From Callorhinchus milii (Eukaryota): a DNA stretch of 64,000 bases. The position numbers and the translations under genes are program-made. The stretch is from the NCBI RefSeq assembly GCF_018977255.1, contig NW_024704742.1, positions 54,066,001 through 54,130,000 of the forward strand. The letters are read 5' to 3'. Shown here in pieces: positions 1 through 10,760 of this stretch (positions are counted from its first letter, which is position 1; every line of letters begins with the position of its first letter). The notes under the pieces are model-generated. The model was not told the origin of the DNA. It ran no database searches and saw only the letters and a list, made by a program, of their open reading frames with translations.

Positions 1-129
1 TGCCTGTCATTTTTAGTTTGGTTTGAATACTCTTAAGGATGGTGCTGGGTTTCTGTATGTAAAAACTGAAAACACAATACCGATTGAACATGGATTTATC
101 TGGACGTATTCGGGGGATGGTGGGTGGGT

Positions 130-478
130 GGGCACTTCTTGACTGCTCGCGGGCTCCACTGCTTTATAGTAATTCCTGTGGGGTGCCTTGAGATACCTCA
201 GATCCCACTTAAACAGGGACCAATTTTTATTTGGAGATTTGTTGGCCAGAACACTGGGATGAATTCCCTTCTTTTTTCGATTAGTGCCGCGGGATATCTT
301 GAACATCCACCTGGACCGGCAGGCAGGAATCCAGCGCTTCGGGGCGTCCCGCCGACGCGAAGGGCGCCGCGCAAATGCGATTTGTCGTCGATAACACAGC
401 CCCAACGTGGGGCTCGGCTTTTGCACCCAAAACCCTTGTGACTCCGAGAGGTGAGAGCGGTACCCAGCAAAGCCAGCA
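130..478 (-). mobile_element. Old Deu-type tRNA-headed SINE upstream of the promoter
   Basis: Reverse complement aligns with other copies in the window: head ggctttgctgggtaccgctctcacctctcggagtcacaagg and body agatatcccgcggcactaatcgaaaaaagaagggaatt. Confidence 0.65.
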
Positions 479-539
479 TTATTATTATTATTATATTATT
501 ATTATCCTTATTATTATTATCCTTATTATATTATTATTC

Positions 540-867
540 GTGGAGTCCTGTAGCTCAGTGGTTAGAGCACTCGCTTTGCAAGTGAGAGACCTGAGTTCAA
601 TTCCAGGCAGAGGGCGAAGCCTTGGGCAAGTTTCCTTACTCCACACGCCTAATAATAATCCCTCCAAAACCAAAACAATAATAAATTGGTCATTTTCAAT
701 CTACGACTGTTTGTGGGACATTGCTGTGCGCAATTGGCTGCCGCGTTCGCCCACAAACATACAGTCAATTCACTTTGCAGTGTGTTCTGTGAAGCGCTTT
801 GGGACGTCCTCCCGACGTGAAAAGCACTATATCAAATGCAAGGATTATTATTATTATTATTATTATT
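540..867 (+). mobile_element. Young tRNA-derived SINE, full length, short subfamily, (TTA)n tail
   Basis: A box TAGCTCAGTGG and B box GTTCAATTCC; near-identical to 31359-31690 and 49949-50267; L2-like 3' stem-loop; sits next to an (ATT)n tract at 478-538. Confidence 0.9.
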
Positions 868-869
868 GC

Positions 870-1240
870 TGCTGGGGGTGGGGGGGGGGGCCTTGTGCCA
901 GTCCAGCTGAGATTGCAGCAGCTGATTGAAACGTCCCCCCCCCACCTGTCAATCAGAGTCCGGAGAGGGGAACTCTGGGACCTGTGGTCTCCTGCCCGCT
1001 TTGCTCTGCTCTCTTCCTCGCCAGAGAGGGGGGGGGGGGGAGAACTACACATCCCGGAGTGCAGCGCGGCGGAGCGCAGGGTTTGATTGGAGGGGAGGCG
1101 GGGGCGGGGCCGGGGCTGGGAGAATGGCGGCGGCGGCTCCGAGGTTCCATCGGCTGCACCTGGTGACAATGGGCGCGGCGCTGCTGCTGCTGCTGCTCGC
1201 GCTGTGCCTGCAGGCGGGGGCCGGGCAGCGGAAGAAGGAG
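870..1240 (+). promoter_or_regulatory. CpG/GC-rich TATA-less TUSC3 promoter
   Basis: CTGTCAATCA 946-955 (reverse complement of the PBX-PREP/MEIS decamer TGATTGACAG); AACTACACATCCCGGAGTGCA about 1043-1063 (ZNF143/Staf-type ACTACAnnTCCC site); reverse CCAAT (ATTGG) 1086-1090; GC boxes (GGGGCGGGG) about 1096-1110; CpG-dense. Confidence 0.8.
1124..1240 (+). CDS. TUSC3: TUSC3 coding exon 1 (signal peptide)
   Basis: ATG at 1124 (agaATGG) reads MAAAAPRFHRLHLVTMGAALLLLLLALCLQAGAGQRKKE, followed by donor GAG|gtaaat at 1241 (phase 0). The Leu-rich signal peptide ending in GQxKKE matches the end of vertebrate TUSC3/MAGT1 exon 1. Confidence 0.93.
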
Positions 1241-1468
1241 GTAAATACACCATATGTCAGAGCTCGGCTCTGGGGCAGCACATTTTATTTTTTATTTTTA
1301 TTTTTTTTTTGGGGGGGGGCGGTGGGGCTGAGGGTTTTTTTTTTGTTTGTTCAATGCAACAGTTACCTTCGTATTCGTAGAGAGGCTGTTCTTGGGTCTC
1401 GGGCGGTGCTGATGCTGCTGAGAGGGATGGAGGGTTGGCAGGATGGGGCCCAGCCAGGGGAGCCCAGC

Positions 1469-1505
1469 TCATCATCATCATCATCATCATCATCATGATG
1501 ATGAT
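1469..1505. repeat. (TCA)n followed by (TGA)n microsatellite derived from a SINE tail
   Basis: tcatcatca...tcatgatgatgat directly precedes the minus-strand SINE tail aataatccttgcatttgatatag. Confidence 0.8.
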
Positions 1506-4349
1506 AATAATGTTAATAATCCTTGCATTTGATATAGTGCCTTATCGCGTCTTTGCGCTAAGGACAAAGGCAATGAGGGGTCACGTTACTGCCTTCACCT
1601 TTGGCCCTTATGCCTTTTCTTTTTAAAAAAAAAGGTAAAACGCGGGGTTCGCCTGTTCAAGTGGAATTTTGCAACCCACCAGGACTGCAGGGCCACTTTT
1701 GCCAGTTGGTCAACGTGGGGTCAGCGCTGCAAATACGATAATAATCCTCGCACTTGACCTTGTGCCTTATCGCTTTGCGAAGATATCGCAAAGCACTTTC
1801 CAGTGTTTTAATGTAAAGTGCGGTGACCATATTTGTAGATCAACACAGTAGCCAATTTGTGCGCAGCAATGCCCCACAAACAGCTATGAAGTGAGTGTAC
1901 AATTTTTTGGGGGGTGGAGAATGCACCATTCAGTGGAATCATTCCCGAAAAGTGACTGGGGTGGGGGGTGGGGGGGGGGGGGGGGTGCGTGGGTGGGCAT
2001 TGGTGAGTTGAGTTATAATAATACTTGCATTTGATATAGCGCCTTAGCAATTGTTGAGTGGTCTCAAAGTGCTTCACAGATTATATTGTATTGAACTCAT
2101 GTTGAATAATTGTAGGTTGGGTTAAGAATGTGTAAATATGTATACAGAGGGAATTAGAGGTACATTAATACAAAGTGATCAAAGGTAATAATGTAATCCT
2201 ATGCATTGACCACAGATGCCCTTACATATATAATTAATTCTCTTTGGACATGTATGTTTACACACTGTGAACAGAATCCACAAATTTTGAACATGGAGTT
2301 GATTCTACAAATAAATTTGATTATTTCCCCATTGTACAGAATTATTGTAATATGAAATGTGTAATATATTGTAATACTTGTTAATAAGTATATTTTAATT
2401 TTTTTGTTTGCATATTTTTTCTTTCAATTTTTTACATATCAAATAAAAAATATATAAAAAAATAATCCTTGGATTTGATATTGCGCCTTTTATTTCAGGG
2501 GAACGTCTCAAAGCGTTTGACAGAATTTCCTTCAACGTGTAGTGACTATTTTGTAGGCGTATGTCTTTAAAGGAGTTTTGATGACTATAAATTATGAACA
2601 GGATCCTCTGCACAAAATTAGCCAATGTTATGTTTTATTCAATGTAAATCAATTTTCCAAAATTTGTTTATTATGGAATTTTTTGCTTAAATTGAGAAAA
2701 ATGCAGTCATTTCAGATATGTAACAGTACAGATTCCATCCAATTCTGTAAATCGATTTGTATCCTAACATTCTTTAAAACAGTATTTAATCAAAATCAAG
2801 AATAAAAGAGATTAAATCATACTTTATTGTTTCAGATTCACAATAGGTAAAGTTAATTACACTTATATAACTTGACATTTATTACTAACATTTGGGAAAT
2901 TAATTCAAAACAATGGGTGGTTGTTTTTTTCCAAAAGGAATTTAGAATACAGCAAAACATTGCAGTTTCCAAATATTGCCATGTTGGTTTCATTAGGTTT
3001 TGTAATATTAGTGCTGTCAATTGCTATGTGACCTTCCACAGTATCTCTAAAGTTGGTGGATGTTGGAAGTAGCTGTTTGTGTTTGGTGAACTTTGATAAA
3101 TGTTTTGATGTTCCTTGCAACATCAGCAATTCAATTAGGTTTAATTAAATTATTTTGTTGCTCATAATGACATATATGATAGCATACGTTTACTAACATT
3201 TGAAATTAATTAAAAACATTGCAACCTTGTTTCCCCCAAAGGATTTCTGAGTGCAAAAAGTTGCTCCATTCTGATACTTAATACACAACACTTCGAGTGC
3301 GTGTGGTATTGTTTCTGTGTTTGCTTACTATGTGAGAATTCAAATGCTCCAGCCTAAAGCATCCCATTTTATATCACAATGACACATTTGAAACTGGTAC
3401 ATTTTCCAAAAAAGGGTCCTTTGAACTTTTTTGGTCAACTTTTTCTAAGAAGAACCAAAATCTTTTATCGCGAGTCTCCGATTACAGCTGCAAAAAAAGT
3501 CGCAAATACTGTACCTAACTGTTTGTTGTGAAGTGTGGAATCTCTTCTCAACATACACCTACATATGTTTTTATGTACATATACAATTCATAAATTGCCT
3601 GGGAAATTTCTTTGGGGTTATTGCTGAAATTGAAACATGTCAAACTGTACAATGTGGAAGTATGAAGCTTCCCACTACTCGTCCAGCTAGGACAACACTT
3701 AGAATGTCAATTTTCATCCTTGGTGACTTGTCTCTTTTCCCTCTTTGCTCCCTGTCCATTTCTGAGTTAGGAAGAGCTTGTTGATCATCAGCAGTGCCCT
3801 GAAGTATTGTGGACCTGCAGAGCTCGAGTGCTGGATTAATTCTTCCACCATATGTAGAAAGGAGTAGGCCATTCAAATCATCAAGTCTATTCAACAAATT
3901 TATTAGATTGTGTCATCTTTTTTAATCGCATTTCTCTGCCTATTCTAACTATCTTCTCAAGCGCTCTGGGACACTACCCTGCGTGAGGTGTGATATATAA
4001 ATGCAAGTTGTTGTTATCCTTGATACCTCGAATTCCGAGTGTATCTCCTTTTTAAGCATCCCAAATGATTCAAAATGTTCTGTATCAGTCCATTGTATAT
4101 TTTCATAATGCTTGGGGAAGAGATGTTTTCACTATTATTTTTTAAAATGATGTCACCTTGTTTTGAATCACTCTACCAAAGGTAAACAGAGGACAGATAT
4201 TAAAATAGATAAAATAAATAAAATAGACAACTATTTTGATTATTTTGAATTCCCCAATTAGATCATCAATTTGCTTCTTCAGCTTTAGGGTACTTAACTC
4301 AGATTTTCCCATCAAGTATTCCCTTCACTTTAGGCATTCATCTCGTTGA

Positions 4350-4740
4350 TAATAATAATAATAACAATAATCATTGCATTTGGAACAGCACCTTGTGTCA
4401 GAAGGATGTCTAAAAGCACTTCACAGGGTTTACTTTGAAATGAAGTGAATGTATTTGTAGGCAAAAGTAGCAGTACAATTGCACACAGCAATGTCCTACA
4501 AACAGCCATGAAACGAGTGACTTTTTTTTATTTGGGGTATTATTGGTCGGGACACCAGGAGAAACTCCCTTCTCTTTTTGAATAGTACCACGGGATCTTT
4601 AACTTCCAAGTGAACAGGCAACTCGGTTTAATGTCTCATCTGACCGACAAATCTTTGTTGACTCGGGTCTGCTCCCTCTATGGTGTGCCATCATACAACA
4701 AAAGTATGACCCCCCACCACCCCCAGGATTTGAACTTGAA
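4350..4740 (-). mobile_element. Deu-type SINE (degraded)
   Basis: (AAT)n tail, ggacaccaggagaaactccct, cgggatctttaac and ctcggtttaatgtctcatctga motifs shared with other copies. Confidence 0.7.
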
Positions 4741-4741
4741 C

Positions 4742-5116
4742 CTCTCCTCCCTCTCTGATCTGCTGACTCCCTACCAACCTGCCCACTCTCTCTGTTCATC
4801 AGGCTCCGGGCTGCTCCATGTCTCCCGCCCGACCCGCCCTACCATCGGTGGACGGGCTTTCAGCCTCTCTGCCCCCACACTCTGGAACTCCATCCCACGG
4901 TCCCTTTGCCTCGCTTCCTCCATTGCCTCCTTCAAGGCCGGTCTCAAGACCCTCCTCTTCAATCGTGTTTTTGGTCTCCCTCCCACCTCTCTGCCTTCCC
5001 TCACCCCTACCCCACCCCTCCCCCATGCTCGGGCCCCGACACCTGACTGTTCAGCGCTTTGGGACGACCTCCTGATGTGAAAGATGATCTATAAATGTAA
5101 TTTTGTTGTTGTTGTT
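4742..5116 (+). mobile_element. L2 LINE 3' end
   Basis: ORF2 C-terminus LSDLLTPYQPAHSLCSSGSGLLHV...GGRAFSLSAPTLWNSIP...FKAGLKT, then 3' stem-loop and (TTG)n tail. Confidence 0.88.
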
Positions 5117-5310
5117 GAGGGCTTTGTAGGTGAGGATCAGGATCTTGAACTGGATCCTCTGAAGAATAGGGAGCCAATGGAGTTGGGGGAGATGGGGTCA
5201 CGGAGTTTGGTGCGGGAGAGGACACGGGCTGCAGAGTTCTGGATTATCTACAGCCTGTGGAGGGAGGAGTTGGGAAGGCCGACAAGCAGGGTGTTTGCAT
5301 AGTCGAGCCT
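5117..5310 (-). mobile_element. L2 ORF2 fragment, inverted relative to the neighbouring L2 3' end
   Basis: Reverse complement encodes the RLDYAN...LQIIQNSAAR...IQFKILILTYKAL region of L2 ORF2. Confidence 0.8.
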
Positions 5311-8300
5311 ATATCAAATGCAAGGATTATTATTATTACATGTAAATGATTACTGACTAATCATCTCCGAGATTGAAGATTGAGAAACAGTATAATTGGT
5401 CCTGATGGGAACTTTGGTTTGTGAAGAAAGTGAAGAGAGTCAGATGCAAACAATATCACACAAACGTTTTTTCCGCATGATGTAGGGGCTGTTTTGTGGT
5501 AATTTCAAGTAGGAAAATGTGTGCAAGTTTAATACTGATTTCACTGCATACATTTGGAGTCAGTGCAGCCTTAGGTTGCATTTTCCATTTGTGAATGTTT
5601 TCTATACTTCATCGTGAACTATCAAAAAAGAAAATACATCAATATAAACGGTGAAAGTAATGAAACAATTCTGTCTGTGGAAAAGTAATTCTACAGCAGG
5701 CTTAGATGGCTATGATTTTTTTATTATCATTTATTTTGCTTGTTTGCTGTTAACCTGGATAATCTTTTTAATATTGCTGAAGCTGGGAAAATAAATTGGA
5801 ATTGTAGACTACTTTTCGTGCTTTTACAATTCGCAAATTGGAAATATCTTTTTTATATAAAAGCATGGCTTTGTAAATTGGAGATGTTATTGAGTAATGA
5901 AACACATACAACTTTTGTTTTACAGCACTAGAATACCTCAAGGCTCTTTAATTAATGTCAAGTGCAGTGACTTTTTTGTGAGCGCACACAGTTGGTATGA
6001 TATAGCTTCATCATGTGGAGCATTCACAATGAAGATATTTGCATAGCAACGATGAATCAGACTTGAACTGCATCAGAGAACTATTGATTGCTAAATAACC
6101 CAAACAAATCAATATATGCTTATTATTTCATGAGCTTTAGTTTATGAAAACAATGGATTTTCATGCTGGCTGAGAACTGTCTGAGAATAGTGAACTGCAT
6201 TTGCTGCTGTTTTTAATGTGTTATTTATTTCCCCTGCTCAACTGGTTTACCATTTCCGCTGTTGTCATTGATAGGAAATTGGAAGAAAGAAAGGAAAAAG
6301 ATTTTAAACTTGTGCCTTTTTAAACTCAGTTCTTCGATTTGGAACAGTAAAAGTCAAACAGAAACGGAAATTGATTTTTATTCATCTTTGACTTTAATGG
6401 CTTCATGCACAAACCTGAAAAACTGAATCAGAAAAACAATGGTTGAGTAATTAGCACAGGCGACTGCATTTTGTTTTGGGTCATTGATATATCACAGTAG
6501 TGTTTACTTTTGTAGAAAAGCTTTGTAAAGGCAGTGAAATAGTATTGGCCTACAAATATGCAGTCACTACACTTTACAGTATATCTTGTGGAACACTTTG
6601 ATACTTCCTGATGTGAAAGGTTTTATGCCAATAGCAAGGATTATTATATTTTTATTAATTATAATGCTTGCATTTAACAGCGCTTTTCATATCTGGGAAG
6701 ACGTCTCGCATGTTTACTGTAAAGTGTAGTGACTGTAATTTAAATAATAACAGTAATTCTTGCATTTGATGTCGCGCTTTTTCACTCTTCTATTCGTCAC
6801 AAAGCGCTTCACAGAATATACTGTAAGTTAATTGACTGTATATTTTGTAGGCAAATAGCAACTATAGGAGAACGTAGGTTTGTTTGGCTTCTGGTCCCAG
6901 ACATTTTTGTTACCTGAAAATCCAGATTCCATTGCTGCACTTCAGATCGTGCCCCAGTGACACTGGTAGCATAGCCATTTAGTCACCTAACAGCGCTGAC
7001 CGGCAGCAGTCATGGGATGACTTTCTTCGTTCGTGTGGCTTAATGTGACTGTCATGTAATTGGTGACATAACAACCTGGAAGCGCTATCCGGGGGATGCT
7101 CTTGAGGGAGTCCCATTCTAAAGCTGGCTGCCATTTATTGGACCCCAGTATTGCCCTGTGGTAACCATAAGGCAAAATCAAGGTCTCCCATATTTTGACC
7201 TACTTCAAGATCAAGGCAGCATAGTCACAGTGAGGCATATATGTATATGCAAAAGGTAGACAATCTCAACATATAATTAGAAAACAAAATGCATAAGCTG
7301 ATATCCATTCATATCCTGACTCTGGTGTGCAGATTTTTAAAAAGTTTTTAAATATTTGAATTGATTTTTCTTTGCACAGATATTCTGTAAAACTCGATAC
7401 AGATTTCAGTACTGTACTGTAGTAAGTAAAATCATACTGCTGACAATCGACCTTTCTGCCCCAAATCCTACTAAACTATGTAGTACTTCATAAATAAATC
7501 AGCAGTTTTGTACTCTGGAAGAGTACTAACAGTGAGAACTTGAACTGGCTGTGAAAATGCATTTTACTTTACAGTGTCTATAACCATCAACAGTGTGAAT
7601 TGTTTTCATATGGTGAATACTGCCTTTTTACTAGTTGTTAGTAAAGACAATCCTAAACTTGCAATACTGAACATAGTTTGTGTTGCTAGGTCTACAGAAT
7701 TACAAGAGGGAGAGGGGGAGAGAGAAAGATTTTTTTTATATACAGAACCTTATGTCGATCACTCAGAGTTTCTCATAAGGGATCACTGTCAAATGCAGTG
7801 ACTATTTTTGTAGGCAAGTGAGGCAATGATTTGTGTGAACAACGTCCCACAACAGCCATGAGGTTAATCAGCAATTATTCTGGAGGATTATTGGAAGAAA
7901 CTCTCTTTTTTCAAATAATTACATGGAATCTTGAATGCTTACCAGAAAACAGGCAAACAGGATCTTAGTTTAACATTTCCCTTTTCTTTGCGTCTTTGAA
8001 CACACCTTTAAAAAACTGCCTTTTCGACTATGCCTCAGGTATTTAAAAATAAGGTAGACACTGTGTGATTCAAAAAGTAATCAGCATTAAACAGTGACCT
8101 ATTTCAGCTTTTTTTAAAAAAAATTCAAAAAGGGAAGGACTGTTTGCTCTCCCCCTCTCCACCAAAGCTTGGCTTTTGGTCACCTTTTCCCTCCCCAGGC
8201 TCTTCGGTCTCCCTCCCACAGCTCAGATGCCCAGCCAGCAGTGTGAAGCGTTTCAAGTGTCCTCAACAAGAAAGGTGTTCGTTAAAGTTAAACTGTATTG

Positions 8301-9909
8301 TATTTGTTTTTACAATTTCAAGTTATATTTATATAGTGCCTTCACTGTGGGAGGATATCTTAAAGTGCTTCACACGGCCGACTGGGAAGTCTGAGCCTGT
8401 GGAGGGGAAACTGAAAGTGTTGGGGGTTGGGAGGGCTGAAAGTACGGTCAAAGTTTGATGGGCTTTGAAACCAGGGAGAGAGGGGGCAAGGAGGGATTCT
8501 GGGATGGGGTTCCAGAGAATGGGGTCAGAAGAGCTGAAAGCTCGAAGGGAAACTAACCATTATCAAATTATACTTTAAGATTTATTATAGCGAATGTAGA
8601 ACATTGTCAGATCTTTTTATCTGAGGTATTGTTGGCCAAGATACCGGGGAGAAACTCCCTTCTCTTTTTGAGTAGTGCCATGGGATCTTTAACCCTGCCT
8701 GAACAGGCAGCTCTTCCCCACCACCGCATTGGAGCATCAGCCGAGAGTGTAAGAGGTCAGAGTCCTGACGTGCGGCTTAAACCCTTAGAGGTTTCTGCCT
8801 TAGAGGTGAGAGTTCTACCAACTGAGCCAGGCTGACCCCCAATCAGTTTCTGCAACTATCCCTGACCCAGAGCTACTGGTCAAGGTCAAGAGGTTTAAAT
8901 TCTTAATCCAAATGAGCAGAAGTCACCAAAACTTTCAAGACCCTACACTATTTGCGGATGATGAACCTAAATTAAACTTGTGCAGTTTCGCATCAGTATT
9001 TGGAGGATGTCCAAGATCTTCCTGTTGCAATTCTGTCTATATGACTCTGGATCTCATGTTATCAAAATCTTTCTGTTTTTTTAATAGTTTTTTTTTCAAA
9101 AAAGACTGCGGAAGGTCCACATGTCTAAATTATACAGTAATTACAACTTACCAAATAATTATTTCTTGGCAATCGTACACTTAAAGCACAACTGGTATTC
9201 ACAAGCATTGTACTCTAACATGAAAGAGCTTGTGGTGTACAGAGCAGTGTGGGAGCCATGATAATTTTATGGCAGTCAGTCATTTTCACAATACTGTAGG
9301 ACCTGCTGGTCCCATCCTCAAAAGAAATTCATGTTGCAATGGAATGAGATGCTGTGAGTTATTAAATGTGTGTTTGTCAGTGCAGAACGTAGATGGAAAT
9401 GGGAGGATTTGTTGAAGGTCTGTACTTCTCAAATTTTATCACCTAACAAAAGGTTAGCATTAATCTTTCAGTGTTAATTTTTGAAAATGAATGTTTATTG
9501 ATTCACACTTTTCATAATTTCTAATTTAGTTTTGTCATGCTGTGCTTATCTATTTTGGCACACTAACTACAACAGTTAAAGCATTCTTTACATGTTAGCA
9601 GAACATGTTTTTCATCTACTGTTTCAGAAAATGTGGTCTTTGACAATGAGGTGGTGTATGCTCCTGTGTACAAAGTACAAAATACTTCTGCTTTGAACAG
9701 TGTATTGATAGTTTGTGATGGAATATTTATGAAATAGCACTTTTGCAGTTCCCAAATGAACCTTCTTAGCTTCTCCTTTATGTTACTAAACAATAGACTA
9801 CACCACTCTTAAGCTTCCCAACATCAGAGCATTACCAATAGCAGCAAACAAAACCCTTCAATAAGCAGACCTTATCTCGCCACAAGTAATACACTAACAA
9901 CAGTTTACA

Positions 9910-10760
9910 TTAATGTATGTAATACAGCGCTTTACCTGTTGGGAGGACATCTTGAAGTGATTCACACAAGCTGGAGAAGGAAGGAGAAAGGTGACTGAAA
10001 ACATGTTCAAAGGTTTTAAGTTTGTCCATCAATGATGGTGGGGTGAATTGGGCGGGGGACGATATACAAACCAGAGTTTGCTGAGCATAGAGAGCAGCCA
10101 GGGCAGTCGGATTGCAGGAGGTCACGGACAGCGGTAGAGTGGGGTGAGGACATGGAGGCATTTGAAATTGAGGACGAGAATGGGGGTTGGGGAGGCATTG
10201 GAGTTGAGTGAAGGTGGAGGTGATGGGCTCATGGAGCCTGGTGCACGAGAACAAAATTGAGGTAGAGTGAGTATCTGTGCGGATTGATGCAATCAGTACT
10301 TGAGATGAGAAGGTGCTAACAGGAGCCAAGCAGGAGAGCTTCCATCATGTCAATAGTGAACTAGAAAATTCAAACTCATCTGGTACCTGATGTCTGACAG
10401 GCAGTTGTTTAGAACTGCAGTGGAATCAAGCGTCGAGGCTAAGATTAAGTGGGTATTGCTTGGGTTCATGTGGAAGTGGACTCCATACCTACAGATGATG
10501 TTATCAAAGGGGACAATATGGATGGTGAAGCGGAGAAGACTGAAGATCGAGTGCTTAGGGATGCCACATGTGACTTGATAGGATGGGAGGAAAAAAACAT
10601 TGGAGGAGATGAAGTGAAGATCCCGGGACAGGTAAGAATGAAACTAGAAATGGAGAGTGTTATGGAGGAGGAGCAGGGGTGAAAGATGGTGAAGGGTGGG
10701 GTTGTCGACAGCATGGAAGGTAGAGGAGCATAAATAGGCAGGGAAGCCTTGTCACAGACA
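9910..10760 (-). mobile_element. Old L2 LINE fragment
   Basis: Degenerate RT (G.P.GSxLGP, HFH.xxxDTQL) and L2 3' tail on the minus strand. Confidence 0.7.

Noticed and set aside
540..615. tRNA-like sequences (also at 31359, 50200, 45563 and 62632)
   Set aside because: They are SINE heads: no complete acceptor stem, and they run directly into a SINE body and tail.
926..1498. 190 aa ORF spanning exon 1
   Set aside because: Only 1124-1240 is coding; the rest is promoter sequence and read-through into the intron.
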